A stretch of DNA of 64,000 nucleotides from Octopus sinensis. Its lineage: Eukaryota. A program made the translations under genes and the position numbers. Where the stretch lies: the NCBI RefSeq assembly GCF_006345805.1, contig NC_042999.1, positions 142,228,001 through 142,292,000 of the forward strand, given 5' to 3'. The stretch's first letter is position 1; every line of letters starts with the position of its first letter. A model generated the notes under the pieces. That model was not told where the DNA came from and did not search any database. It saw only the letters and a program-made list of their open reading frames with translations. This document shows positions 51,233-64,000 of the stretch, piece by piece.

Positions 51233-54200
51233 GTAAGCTAAGAAAATGTTTAATAAATTGATATTATATCATTTTTTTCACATGCATTTAAGGTGTCTAG
51301 AATTTAATTAATGGGTTCTGAGAAGTTGTGACAGTTATTCTTTTACAATTGTCATTTTATATTTGTGATTTAAATAAAATATAATTGAAATATTAAAAGG
51401 ATATTCCTTCTTTCATAAGAAATATAGGTAATTTTACTGGTGTATCCGTTTTAAATAGCTTATTTAAATGATACACTTATCTAGCATCCAATCTACACAC
51501 ACATTGAATGCTGTAAAAGTGATTTAAATAATGACATCTGCATTTGAATACACACATACATGTACATATATACCAAATTGACGTTAACCGTTGACCCTCA
51601 ATAGATAATATACTCAATGTTTTGTGAAATAAAACTTAGCTAACAGGAATTTCAGTATTGCTGATTGTCGCTATTAAATATTAAATTATTTCGACTTTTT
51701 CCTTCTCGCATAAAATTTATTTTATTTCATTCATCAAAGTGTTACTATAACACAGAAGAAATAAATCTTTCCGTTATTTCATTGTGAAACTATTTAGTGT
51801 CAGTTTCAACTATCAACGCTGTTCTTTGGCAGTCGGGGTGGTGGGCTAACAAGAGAGAAATCCTGCTATCATCATGACACTAACGGTAGTCATTTATTTT
51901 TTTTACCGACAAACGTTCTTCTGTATAATCTGTGTACTTTCCTCACTAACAATATTTATCAACTGATTCACACTCAAATCTATTAGTAATGTGAATACAT
52001 TTTAAAATCGATCCAAAATCTCTGCTTTTTTTCCTCCAACAGCATTCCTCTCTCGTTTTCCATTCATTCTGCTATTAAAGGTTCTTGAACGCTGATAAAT
52101 AGTTGAAATATTTCTCTCTCATCAATAAATCTAAACAATAGCTGCTAGTTTCCTGCTTCTGTCTCCTCTCTTTCGACTTGCATCCTTTTTCTCTCATCTC
52201 CTTCCTCACCTGAATTTGCCTCTGTTAAAACTGCTATTTTAATTCATTCTCTATGTCAGCCTGAAAGATGACCTTAATTTTCAATCTGTCTGTCAGTCAA
52301 GATGACTATGATTTTTATCTTACTTCGACAAACTTATTTGCCATCCTCGTATTCTTTTTCTTCAGAATATTCTTTGCCTATTGTTTATTTATATTATTAT
52401 CCGACAACTCTGGAAAATAAAAATCGCTATTATAAAAAGAGAGCAGCGGAATCGCTAATTTAACACGGTTCTTTGTTTTGAGTTCAATTCCTTCTTGACA
52501 ATATTTCTCTGCGGGGTCGATCAAATTTCAATCTACTACTGGTCGATGATATCAACTTGCCCCTCATCTCAAAACTGCTCTCTTTGTTCCTCAGTCAAAA
52601 ACAATTATTATTATTGTTAAATCCCTTCAAGGTCAACTTAGCTTTTCGTCTGTATGGGGTCGATAACTTAGTAACTAAGGTCGATTTAATCGATTAATCA
52701 CCACCACCACCCGGAATTGGTGGCCTTACCCCTAATCAGAACTAATTATTGTTATAACTAAATCTCCGTGTAACGAAACTGATTTCACATTTAATGAGCA
52801 TTTTATCCTATTTCGAAATTATTGATTCAAAAAAACAAATTCAACTGAAACCTTATGGGCCTCGTATACCTATTTATCTTGTATTTTTGTTGTGGGATTT
52901 ACGTTCGGCGAATATACACTGCCAAACGGATAATTTTATCTATAACGCCTTTATTGCTCATTAGTGACCTTTAAAAATTGCAATTTCGTGTATGTTGGTA
53001 GATAGTAATATAACACATTCAAGTTGCATGGAGTGTTAGCTGGCAGTTGAAATGAGAAGTAGCTCTATCATGGAAGAAGTGTGGAGGTTGTGACTGTCGT
53101 TCTTTTCCTCATGACATAAGTTGTTTAGCACTAGGTCAGCCTTGATCGATTAAACCTTTGATCAAAAGCATTCCACTTACGAACATCCCATTACCTTTCC
53201 AGTATGCAGGGAACTGAGGGTCATATCCATTGTGTGCTTTTCTTACATGATGGAGTGAGATTTGAGGTAAATTTGGCTGCCATTTTTAGCTCACGTAGCC
53301 TCCACATAGCGGCTATCTCGGAGTGAATAACATTAATGCAGCGAAATGACGTCCAAACAGAATTGAAACCAGATCATTGGCTAGGCTCATGTTTTACCCA
53401 TTTTAATTTTAGGTAATGTTTTGGGCATTTAAAAAAAATAATCTGGCTATGTTTCTTAGGTTTTAAGGACTCCTAGTCGTGATTTCAAACTAATTTGTTA
53501 ACTGACCTTTAAATCAAATTTCAATTTAAAAGAAATACGTTTAAAATATATTTGTTTTGTTGAAAGTGATGTCCTATACTTAAATAGGACATCACTTTCA
53601 CTTTTGTTGTCACAGTCGAGTGATTAAGTGATGTCTGAGAAATGATCACCTTTAGTTCTTAATACATACATTTCTGTGACCCATTGTTTAAAGTTTCAAA
53701 TTTATCCTGTAAATGACGTGAAAACTAGCTTCCATTCTTTTGAATCCTACAAATCGATGTTTTTGACATAATTGAAAAAAAACAATTCCTTTTTGCTCTC
53801 TGAATACTTATTAAATCAACGTGACCTAGATAATTTAACAAGATGCACAGAATTGCGAATATTCGGCATTTAGTTTTATCGCAAGTGTTCTCATCTTTTA
53901 ACTTCCTCTCTTCTTTTTTTTTTTTTTTCAGTATGTCGTCCTATTATTTTTTTATCATTCTTGATAGTTGGTGACTGTTAAATCAGTGCAGCCTGACTGT
54001 TTCCAGTTTAAATTTAGTCTTGCTCAATATAAAAATCAGCTGAGATATGAAATGTGAATGATAGAAGGGAAGCTGTATGAATAAGCCGGCAATCCTTCGT
54101 TTGATAGACGTAAAATGTCGGAAAACAAAAATAAAACCATACTAAAAATTGTCACTCTGTTAACCATTTTTCATTTCGGGGAAAGATTTTCCATACTTTA

Positions 54201-54444
54201 TTTTTGTGGAAATAAGACTTGTAAACTCTTGTCTGGTAAGAGTGAAATTTCCATGTTTTGACACGATATTTACTTTGGATGAAACTCCATGTCTCTTGAT
54301 GTATTGTGTGATGTGTTTGTCAGCTTTTTTTCTCCAGGAACCAAACGTTAGCGATCCATGTCTTAATATTGAGACAATCTGACAAGATTAGATTTATTTA
54401 CTATGCGCATGAGAAAAGAAAAAAGAATCACTACTATAATGTAT

Positions 54445-54776
54445 AGGCGCAAGAGTGGCTGTGTGGTCAGTAGCTTGCTTACCACCCACATGGTTCCAGG
54501 TTCAGTCCCGGACAAGTGTCTTCTACTAGAGCCAACTGAGTGGAAGCTGACGGAAACTGAGAAGCCTGTCATATATATGTGTATATGTTTGTCCCCCCAC
54601 CTTCAACATCGCTTGATAACCGATGCTGGTGTGTTTACGTCCCCATAACTTAGCGGTTCGGCAAAAGAGACCGATAGAATAAGTACTAGGCTTACAAAGA
54701 ATGTCCAGGGGTCGATTTGCTCGACTAAAGGCGGTGCTCCAGCATGGCCGCAGTTAAATGACAAACAAATAAGAGT
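54445..54776 (+). mobile_element. SINE family A in AK intron 1
   Basis: tRNA-like head TGGCTGTGTGG..GGTTCAGTCC plus family A body with an internal deletion. Confidence 0.85.
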
Positions 54777-57167
54777 ATAATGTATTTATTTTAATGGGTT
54801 TTAACTGACATTATGGCAGCACAACTTATTTAATGAATAGCATTATATATAAGTGAAACATTCGTTGTATTCAATATCTTAAAACGTGTGTGTGTTCTGT
54901 TAACTTTTTTCCTGGGTTGTGTTTAAGTGGTCTCTTTAATTTGACTTTTCACTGCAACATACATAGTAACATAAGTTAGGGATATCATATTTGAGTACTT
55001 TCGTTTTTGTAATGGCGATTCATTGTCGACAGAACATTAATTTTACTTTTTAGGTGTAGGTCAGGTGTAGTTCTTGCCTGTAACTAAAGTGACAGTGCTT
55101 CAGATAGTCCCAACGTAGTTCCAATTTTTCCTTTGTAGCCATTTTAATATGAGTGTGAACTTGATTGTTCACTTTCTTTTTAACTGTTCAACCTTAATGT
55201 GTTGCTTGATCGAACAGTTAACCAGCAGCGTTCCATCTGTAACCATGCCGTCAATTTCTTTTTCAAACTACATTGTTACTATTTATGTTTTTAAGGCGGC
55301 AGAGAGATGTCGACCGATCTCATTGAGGCTCTGTCGTTGTTTTAAGTTTTGTAAGAAAATTGAGTACCTGAATAAAACAATAGGTTATTCAATAATGTAA
55401 AGAATTAACTTTTTACTCTATATATCTGGAAAATATGAAAGGCTGATTCAATTTTTTAAAATTAATTACAACTGCAAATTTTGTACATAAACGAAAATTG
55501 GATTGAACACTACAGGCATTGATAGTTTTGGCTGAAAGAAACTAATGTTTTCATTATTGAGGACATTACTTTCATTGTCTTTGCATGGGTTTTCTGCAAT
55601 AAAGGCAATTTATTCTTATTTAATTTTCTTTTAACTTCGTCCTTGGTGAAAGTTGCCTTTTCGTAGCTTTATTGTCGGGCAAATTATGTACCGATTCACA
55701 TAAACGTCTTTTTAAACAAACCAATTAGTTTTAAAATGCAGAATAGTGGACAAAACATTGTCTATTTCAAACATCGTGGGATTTTCTCGTTTTATAGATA
55801 GTCGGTTCTGCGGATAATCTGGCAAATAAAGCCGAACATGTCTAATGTCCATAAGATAAATGCTTTAAATAGGGAAAATTGGGTGGGCTTTCAGTTGATC
55901 ACAAAGTGAAGCATCGAGTAAAAGATCGTGGTTTTCAATTCGTTTGTGGGCACCTTGGACAACTGTCTTTTTGCTGTATCCTGGACTTTCGAGTGAGTGG
56001 ATTTGATAGACGGAAACAGTAGAAACCTTGGATGTACTTTCACTTTATGATCTTCAAACGAATGATCGCCAACAATTGAATAGAAATAACTCCTCTTCCT
56101 CACATTTTCCAAACGATTTGTTTGTACTAGCTTTCTTGGTCTTTAGACTTTGTGATGGATAGTGGAAATATAAAGCTGTGGTTGAATTCCAGGTTAGTAT
56201 TTTATGGTTGGAAAAAATTGAAATGAATTAACTACAGAAGTGGGGATGCAATATGTTGAACATTTAATTGATATTAAAGAGTGTTTAGGAGAATTAATGT
56301 AAATTAGTAATCATCCAGGAGTTTTTGTTTATAATGTGTAGAATCCCTAGTAAACAGCCAAACAATGGGTCAATCTCCTAATTGTGTAACTTGAACCTTG
56401 TTTTTAAATTGTAACTATTTTGTCACTAACCTCTTGGGAACGACATTTTATAATCATCTAATTTGGCGGGGGGGGGGGGGGTCTCTACAAGTATATAAAC
56501 ACACGTTTATATACTTTGCATTGCGATCCTAATTCATATTACGGCTATAGTTAACTCGAAATAGGGAAACCAGAATATACTATCAATGATAGATATTTTA
56601 TATACTATTGACTGTACCAGATTATTCTGGAATAAGCGGTGACGAGTGGTTTTTAGCGAAAGCGCAATCAAAATTAGTCTAAAATGTTTCTTTTGAAAAA
56701 TTCAAGCCGTAAAAGTACAGACCTTTGGGGTTTTTTTTCTTTTGTAATTATTTTGATTTTCTTATCATAGCTCATAATTTCGGGCCTGTTTTTCCCTCTG
56801 GTTTTCTGTCTGCGTTACGGTAGAATGAAAAATCGCCTCTTATCTATTATTAAAATATTCATAGGATGTTTGTATTGCCAATTTTTATTTTCCTGTTGAT
56901 ATTCCCAATGTTTCCTTGAATAGTGATGTCATAAGATGCATCGTTTATATCTTTACTTAAGTAATTTTTTAGTACTCTATTGAACTCTCATATTTCTTGT
57001 AGATTTACTTTCGAATTGAGACTAAGAATTTGAAGTTTGCTATATAAATTGCCAATACACTTTTGTCATACACTTTTGTACTAGGTGTTCAAATTCATGC
57101 TTGAGCAAACCTTTACAGATATATTTTTCCGTATAAATTCTTGACCATATTTTTCTTAATTTTCTAG

Positions 57168-57427
57168 GTTGCAAAAACCCTGACAGTGGTGTAGGTATCT
57201 ACGCTAGTGATCCTGATGCATACACTGTATTTGCTGAAGTCCTTGATGCCGTTATCATGGACTACCATAAAATTGATAAAGTCACCCACCCAGTTCCAGA
57301 CTTCGGTGATGTCAATAACTTGAACATCGGTGATCTTGATCCATCTGGTAACTTGATTGTATCTACACGTGTCCGCGTAGGCAGGAGCCACGATAGTTTT
57401 GGCTTCCCACCAGTTCTTAAGAAAGAG
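57168..57427 (+). CDS. AK: Arginine kinase exon 2 (G-CKNPDSGVGIYA...STRVRVGRS...VLKKE)
   Basis: Acceptor TTTTCTAG|, donor GAG|GTATAT, 260 nt. Carries the guanidino-specificity region DSGVGIY typical of arginine kinases and the RVRVGR phosphate-binding arginines. Confidence 0.97.
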
Positions 57428-57532
57428 GTATATTGCTTTACATTTATCTAAAATAGAGCATTATTATCTTGGTAGCTAATATTTAGTAATTTGAAGGTAT
57501 TCAAACTTTTAATGAAAGAGTGTAATGTTTAA

Positions 57533-58615
57533 CCCTTTCGTTACCAAACCGCCCAAAGCCGCCCAAACAAAATTTTGGTTTATGAAACCAAACCGCCCAA
57601 AGCCGCCCGAATTTACCTATTCATATTTAAATGAGAATATCAGAGCAAATCTCTTCAGTACATTCGTGAAAACACGTATTATACTTCGTAAACAGTTCAA
57701 CTACAGTTTTGTACAATAATCGAAGTGTAATTTTAATTCCGTGAATTTTGGGAGATTTTTTTCCGAAATTTGTTCCTATTGTATTTTCAAAATTTGTAAT
57801 TCTGACAAAAAATGGATACGAATTTCATTATATCAAGCAGCGAGTCAGAATTCGAAGGATTTTCTACTGAAGACCTTCATAAATCTAACTCTATGACTGA
57901 AAAAAAAAAGCATGTGGTATTTGATAATGAATCTGATGTTTCATTTTCCGAAAGTGAAAACAGTGAATCTGAGATCTCCGACAGCGATAAAGAAAACGAA
58001 TTGGCACCTGAATGGAGTGAAAATTTAAAAACTGTTTCTTTCGGTGATTTCTCTGAAGAAACTGGACCAAGCCACAGACTTTCCCAGAAGAGTAAAGCCT
58101 TAGACTATTTCTTTTTACTTTTTCGAATGAGCCTATTTGAAATCATTACAGCGGAGACGAACCGTTACGCTAAACGTAAACAAAGCAAAAGAAACGATAG
58201 TTTGTGGTTTCCCTCAACCTTAAATGAAATTAAGACTATTTTGCCATAAATATTATTATGGGTATCAGAAAGTTACCCAGAATAACAAATTCTATCGTAA
58301 AATTTTGTTATATACCCAATTGAATATTAGCTAATAACCCATTTTCTATAACGATGTTTGAACAAAATTTTAATTTTATATTTTGTGGAATTTACCTGTA
58401 TCTACCTGCAATTAGAGTCACTTTGTAACAAAAATTATAGTATAGAATTGGTTGAGAATATTTCATTAAATTATCTTCCAAAAATCAGATTGATATATCG
58501 ATAAATAAAAAAGTTATAGTTGTTTAATGAAACCAGACTAAATTTATGATTACGTTAGAAATTAATTGAAACACATAAGGGGTGTAATTTGGTCAGAAAT
58601 ATAGTAACGAAAGGG
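57533..58615 (+). mobile_element. Internally deleted piggyBac element in AK intron 2
   Basis: TTAA at 57529-57532 and 58616-58619; TIR CCCTTTCGTTAC / GTAACGAAAGGG. ORF 57812-58249 has an acidic N-terminus and LDYFFLLF..ETNRYA..W.P.T..EIK; after a frameshift it continues IIMGIRKLP. Catalytic DDD region is absent. Confidence 0.93.
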
Positions 58616-58926
58616 TTAAATGACTTTTTGCCATGTTAAGATCCATATATAATAATGCTTGCTTTATTAAAAATATTTTCTTGGGTTGCACTTAGTGTCT
58701 GCAATTAAGAAAAATTTTTGTTCTAAAATTGTACAAACTCAAGATTGGGATTAGATAATTTTCATTCAGGAATTGAATATTAGCTGAATATTTGTCTAGA
58801 TGAACTCTTTACTTCATCAGTGTTTATCTTGTAAAAAGTAAATTTATTGATATTTTAAAGTTGTTTCTTGTAGATCTCTTTTAAATCCTTAGAATTTTAT
58901 TATTTAAATGATTTTATTTTCAATAG

Positions 58927-59075
58927 GATCGTGTTAAAATGGAACAAGTATCCGTTGAGGCTTTGAAATCCCTTGAAGGTGAATTGGCTGGTAGCTATTA
59001 CCCCCTCAGCAACATGACTCCTGAAGTTCAGAAGCAACTGACTGATGATCATTTCCTCTTTAACGACTCTGACAG
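58927..59075 (+). CDS. AK: Arginine kinase exon 3 (DRVKMEQ...GSYYPL...DDHFLFNDSD-R)
   Basis: Acceptor TTTTCAATAG|, donor AG|GTTAGT, 149 nt, phase 0 to phase 2. Confidence 0.97.
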
Positions 59076-59275
59076 GTTAGTTAAAGTTGTGATTGCGCTA
59101 TTCTGTTGGGATTTCATCATTTTAAAAATTCTACTTTAATTGTGCCTTAATTACTGCTATTCCTCCTCTTGTCATATGTGACTCAATAACTTAGAGGGAA
59201 AGATTAGAATATTTTTGGTCTGCTGATATTGAAGACATATTCACTTTGCTGTTTACATTTTGCAATTTGTAAATA

Positions 59276-59674
59276 AGGCGCAGTCATGGCTGTGTGGTAA
59301 AGTAGCTTGCTAACCAACCACATGGTTCTGGGTTCAGTCCCACTGCGTGGCATCTTGGGCAAGTGTCTTCTGCTATAGCCCCGGGCCGACCAATGCCTTG
59401 TGAGTGGATTTGGTAGATGGAAACTGAAAGAAGCCTGTTGTATATATGTATATAGATATGTATGTGTGTTTGTGTGTCTGTGTTTGTCCCCCTAGCATTG
59501 CTTGACAACCGATGCTGGTGTGTTTACATCCCTGTCACTTAGCGGTTCGGCAAAAGAGACCGATAGAATAAGTACAGGGCTTACAAACAATAAGTCCCGG
59601 GGTCGATTTGCTTGACTAAAGGCGGTGCTCCAGCATGGCCGCAGTCAAATGACTGAAACAAGTAAAAGAGTAAA
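59276..59674 (+). mobile_element. Full-length SINE family A in AK intron 3
   Basis: tRNA-like head, CTTGGGCAAGTGTCTT core and tail all present. Confidence 0.9.
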
Positions 59675-61176
59675 GTGTTGCAGATCACAGGTTGACAATT
59701 AGTTGATTACTGGTACAGTTTCTTACACCAAGTGACAATGGAGTCTGTGTGGAACAAAATCTCATTAGACCTCATCGGTGAAGGATAAAAATATTAGCAA
59801 GGAAAGAAGATTACTAGTCATGGGTATTCTGCTTTCTTTGCTGATATATCCTTCATTGAGATAAACAATATACACTGTGTTTGACTGACTTCCACATAGT
59901 TTCTAAACTTTCTCATGAAATGTATTGGTCACCTTTATAACTTTGATAGAAGATGCTCAAATTATGCAATTGGTTCAACCCAAAACCTTGTGATTGCAAA
60001 GTGAACTTCTTAACCAAACAACTATACATTGCAACCGATGGAAATGGAACTCTATAATGTCTTTTAAATACAAAAAGACAAGATGTTTACATTTGTCTAT
60101 ATGTAGTGTTAGCTCAAATCATCGTTTAATAGCTGTTTTCCATGCCAGCATGTGTACAGACAGATGTAAACAGTCTTTTGATATATTCTGCAGTGTAGCA
60201 TTGAAACAAATTGACTGATGCACCAGTAATTTATTCATCAAACTAGATGAAAATACATAATATGCCAATTAGTCTGATTTGCTTTAGCCTTTAATAATAA
60301 TGGACTTGTAGGCAGTTTTCTGGGAACAGTTGAAGAGGGTGCTCAGTCACTGAAATCCAAATTGAATTGAAACTGCTCTGATTAATCCCTCAAAGTTTGT
60401 ATACCAAGATATTTAGTGTTTACATCTGTCTATACATTGCATATTGTCAAAAACTCTTTAGATATATTCTAAGGTACGGTGTAGCGTAATTGGAAGGAGT
60501 TACATAAAACTCCCTGCTCTTCAGCGTAAAATAACTTTCAATAGCATATAATTTCTAATGAATATTTTGATACTCCTTGCAAGTAAGGATGGTCCTCATC
60601 ATTAACAAATGAAATATTTATGAGCTAATTACTTTCGATATGACTGAGAGATGAATGTGTTATCAGACTATTTAACATGTTGGGTAAATATGTGTTTTAG
60701 TGTATAAATAAAATGTCTAAAGGAACTATGGCTTGTATCCTTGTTTTAGTTTTTTCAAATTCTGGGTTATATATGGCTGGGGGAGATTGAGTAAAAATCG
60801 CAAAGAAAAGAACAGTGGGATGTACTGTAAGGGAAGAAAACAAAAAACCCAGTATGTTAATAATATTAAGTTCATAGGTACAAGGATTTGAAGGGCTAAG
60901 ATTGCACAACTATCTTTTGGAAATTTTTTTATTTCTGAAAGTGAAATAAGTAGATGAGTGTATGTATGCTTATAAATGTATTTACTTCAAGTTTTTGTTT
61001 GTTTCATTAAAACTGTACGTGGTTTTGATAAAACATTTTGTTTCTGTTGGACAAGAATTATGAATATCAAGAAACCTACATTGCTGCTTTGAATTCTTTT
61101 ATTCTTCTTGCTTGTAATCTAGGCATGTACAACCACCTTTATATACCATTGCAACTGATCCATTATTACATTTCAG

Positions 61177-61342
61177 ATTCTTGAAGGCAGCTAGTGGTTA
61201 TGATGACTGGCCTACTGGCAGAGGCATCTACTTCAGTGCCAATAAGACCTTTTTGTGTTGGGTCAATGAGGAAGATCATCTTAGGCTGATTTCCATGCAG
61301 AAGGGTGGTAACTTGGGTGAAGTCTACAAGAGATTGGTCAAT
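61177..61342 (+). CDS. AK: Arginine kinase exon 4 ([18 protein letters not shown]...[17 protein letters not shown]...LVN)
   Basis: Acceptor TTTCAG|, donor AAT|GTAAGT, 166 nt; catalytic NEED motif. Confidence 0.97.
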
Positions 61343-63119
61343 GTAAGTATCTGAATTAGAATTCTTCACTTTCTATACATATAAAAGTTTTCTTTGCTTG
61401 TGATTTCCTCAAGATGAAACTGTTTATCAGGAGAGGATTGACTGTTTTGGATTAGGGAATATTTTTTAAAACTTTCATTTGTTGAGCATAGTTTAATGGT
61501 AGATTCAATATTGGTCAGAGTTGGATGTACTAGATGTTTATATATTAGTTAAATGTTAAGTAGATCTCAATTTTCCATAATCTAACAAATGATTCTTACA
61601 ATTTAATATAACTCAATTCATAGCAGCTGTCCCAGTCTTTTCATGCTAATAGTTAGACCTTGATTTCAATATTTTCCTACTATTCAGAACATGTTGTTTG
61701 TTAAAGTTAAATAGATTGTCTATAGTTCTGTTGCTTTCTGTATCTTGTCGAAACTAACTTTATTTTGGTGTTTGTGAAACTCTCCTTTCATAATTTAATT
61801 TAAATCACTTACTTCAAGCTTTTTTTTTTTTTTTTTGCTAATGATTTGTAATTACCAGTAATTTTATTATCGGTCATCTTTTTCATGCTCGTATCATTTA
61901 TAAGGATTACATTTGATGGGTGATAGTCTGTTACACCAAACCTAAAAAAGCTTTTTCATAGCTGGAATGCATCTGTTCATAGGACTAATTAGAGAGTAAA
62001 CATTTAGTGCTCTTAATGTTTAAAAATTACCCTATGGAATTAAAACTTCATTTTGTTTGTATGGATTCATTTTACAAATTCTAAACTATTATCTAAAGCT
62101 GATATCTCTTGGTTCCATTAGCTTCTGATTCTCTTCATCCCATTTCTAGTAACACTTATGAAGACTTAGTTCCTCTTTCATACTTTCCACTTCAAGTTTG
62201 CTGCTTAGTTTTTTTTTTTTTTTTTTTTTTTTGTTTTTTTAAATATGTTTCAATATTCCATTATCATGCATCATTCTTGGTTGAGGTCCTGCTACAATGG
62301 CCTTTTGACAAATTTTCAGTTGTCCTCCACAATATGGTAAAGTTTTACTAATTAAAAGTGAGGATTTCATACCAACTCTCTCTCTCTCTAATGGTAATTT
62401 TAATTCTACTCTTCTAGTTCTCAGTATACACTACCCACTAATTTGTTAAATAATTCTATGAAACTTAGAAAAATTCATTTAATTAGTCTCATAAACTTTC
62501 TGTTAAGGAATATACAATTTAACTGCTTCATTTAACTGCCATTTACTTTTAAAGATATGAATATGCTGAAATAACATATCAAAGTAAATTTAAGTATTTA
62601 GAATTTGAATAGTTATTTATTTTTTAATCCTTTTAAAAAAATTTGTTTTTTTTATACTTTCTCAATCACTTTATAAACATTGCCAAGAGGTGGTTCATAA
62701 AAGAAGACTAAGTTTATACAATATAGTAGTATCTGTTAAAACTTGGTTTAGCCTCAGGCCAGCCTGAAAAGTATTCCAGCTATGATCATACTGTTGTATA
62801 GTGTGTCCCTGCTTCTTGATGTATATTTAGTTGCTTTTAACATGGTAAAGTAGAGGTCCCCTCAACTTATATTGGTTAGGTTTTAGATTCTGGATGGTTT
62901 AAAACAAAAAAGACCAGTGGTTTCTTCATTTACTGTCTTGAAGAGTATTCCCTAATCTTAAATTGAGATTTCTTTCAAGATAAGTTTCTGTGACCTCCCA
63001 TTCATATGAATAATCATATCTTTCGAACCAATTAACTTAAAACTTAAGTAAAACAGAATTCTTTTTAATTGCATATTTTTATGTCCATGTTTTATATTTA
63101 ATCAATCCTCTCTTTCAAG

Positions 63120-63300
63120 GCTATCCATCAAATGGAGAAGAAACTGAAGTTTGCAAAGAAAGACAACATGGGTTACTTGACATTCTGCCCAAGCAACTTG
63201 GGTACCACCATGAGAGCTAGTGTGCATATTAAGATCCCTAAGCTTTCTCAGAGACCAGACTTCAAAAGTATCTGCGACAAATACAACCTCCAGGCCAGAG
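63120..63300 (+). CDS. AK: Arginine kinase exon 5 (AIHQMEKK...LTFCPSNLGTTMRASVH...LQAR-G)
   Basis: Acceptor CTCTCTTTCAAG|, donor AG|GTAAAA, 181 nt; active-site CPSNLGT. Confidence 0.97.
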
Positions 63301-63410
63301 GTAAAAGATTTTTCCTTCTTACATTTTTTGAAATTTATTGAGATAGAAAAATTTTTAGAACCTTTTAATTTTAAATATTTAATATTTATTAATTTTTATT
63401 TCAATTTTAG

Positions 63411-63553
63411 GTATCCATGGTGAACATACAGAAAGTGTTGGCGGTGTCTATGATATCTCTAATAAACGCCGTATGGGTCTCACAGAGTATGAGGCTGTCA
63501 CTGAAATGATGAGGGGTGTCAATGAGATCATTCGTGAGGAAACCAGCAGTTAA
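63411..63553 (+). CDS. AK: Arginine kinase exon 6 ([24 protein letters not shown]...EETSS*)
   Basis: Acceptor TTTTAG| after a 110-nt intron; TAA at 63551-63553. Total CDS is 1047 nt with exon 1B (348 aa) or 1050 nt with exon 1A (349 aa). Confidence 0.97.
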
Positions 63554-63570
63554 ATTTTTTTCAATTGTAA

Positions 63571-63692
63571 AATAAAAATGTATCCGGGATTAGATAACAA
63601 GATAAGTCTACTATGTTAGAAGTTCTGTTTGAAAAATCTCAGATACCAACTTTTAGACTGTAAAAGGCTTTTGCCATGCAGGTGAAAATAAA
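63571..63692 (+). terminator. Candidate polyadenylation signals AATAAA (63571-63576, 63687-63692)
   Basis: Hexamers downstream of the stop; T-rich sequence follows the second. The site actually used is unknown. Confidence 0.5.
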
Positions 63693-64000
63693 AACCTTAA
63701 ACCTTTTTGTGTTTTAGTGATGTTAATGATTTTACAAATGAACAAACTACATCTTTGGTTAAAGACAGGAACAGTTTTCATAATACTTCGTTTTTCTTAT
63801 TAGATCTATTTAGATGGGTGTTTACTATAACGGAAAATTTCCATCGTATCTGAATTGAAAAAGTACCAAATTGCCTAAGAGGAATTTTTTTAAAGTTAGT
63901 TGCTCACATGGAATGAGACCATCTAAGATAAAGAAACTACACATTTGACTTGGGATTGGATTTTATCCACTTTTTTTGCTTAAAAATCTCAACAACTCCA

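Noticed and set aside
55891-56112. Minus-strand 73-aa ORF (YFYSIVGDH..) as a nested gene or hAT fragment
   Set aside because: Resemblance to a hAT FSI..DE motif is too weak, and there is no supporting structure.
57428-58249. AK-piggyBac exon-trap fusion (CSB-PGBD3 style)
   Set aside because: Exon 2 ends in phase 0. The AG dinucleotides near the start of the transposase ORF fall in phase 1 or 2 and lack a good pyrimidine tract.
42844-63553. Two-domain (fused) arginine kinase, or two complete tandem AK genes
   Set aside because: Only one set of exons 2-6 is present and none was found between 1A and 1B; only exon 1 is duplicated.

Overview
AT-rich, repeat-dense eukaryotic DNA. It is very likely a coleoid cephalopod (Octopus), inferred from the molluscan-type arginine kinase, the SINE families and the microsatellite load; this cannot be confirmed without a search. 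One host protein-coding gene is supported: a + strand arginine (phosphagen) kinase with shared exons 2-6 at 57168-63553. It is preceded by two paralogous first coding exons, 1A (42844-42994) and 1B (51085-51232). Each has its own CCAAT and TATA core promoter and a phase-1 GT donor that joins exon 2 in frame, giving predicted 349-aa and 348-aa isoforms. This duplicated promoter-plus-exon architecture is the main finding. The rest is mostly mobile DNA: a mariner remnant, MULE-like and Tc1 MITEs, a hAT remnant, an internally deleted piggyBac in AK intron 2, a 593-bp solo LTR with a 4-bp TSD whose empty site is also in the window, Tx1-like, RTE and CR1-like LINE fragments, a split Helitron and many tRNA-derived SINEs. 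Other signals are hammerhead-ribozyme-like motifs at 8.3-9.4 kb, a 68-bp-arm palindrome of two tRNA-like heads, and a CpG-depleted block of about 9 kb ending sharply at promoter 1A. All coordinates and counts were read by eye. Repeat family names come from motif recognition, not database hits. Most short ORFs in the supplied track are microsatellite or repeat artefacts.
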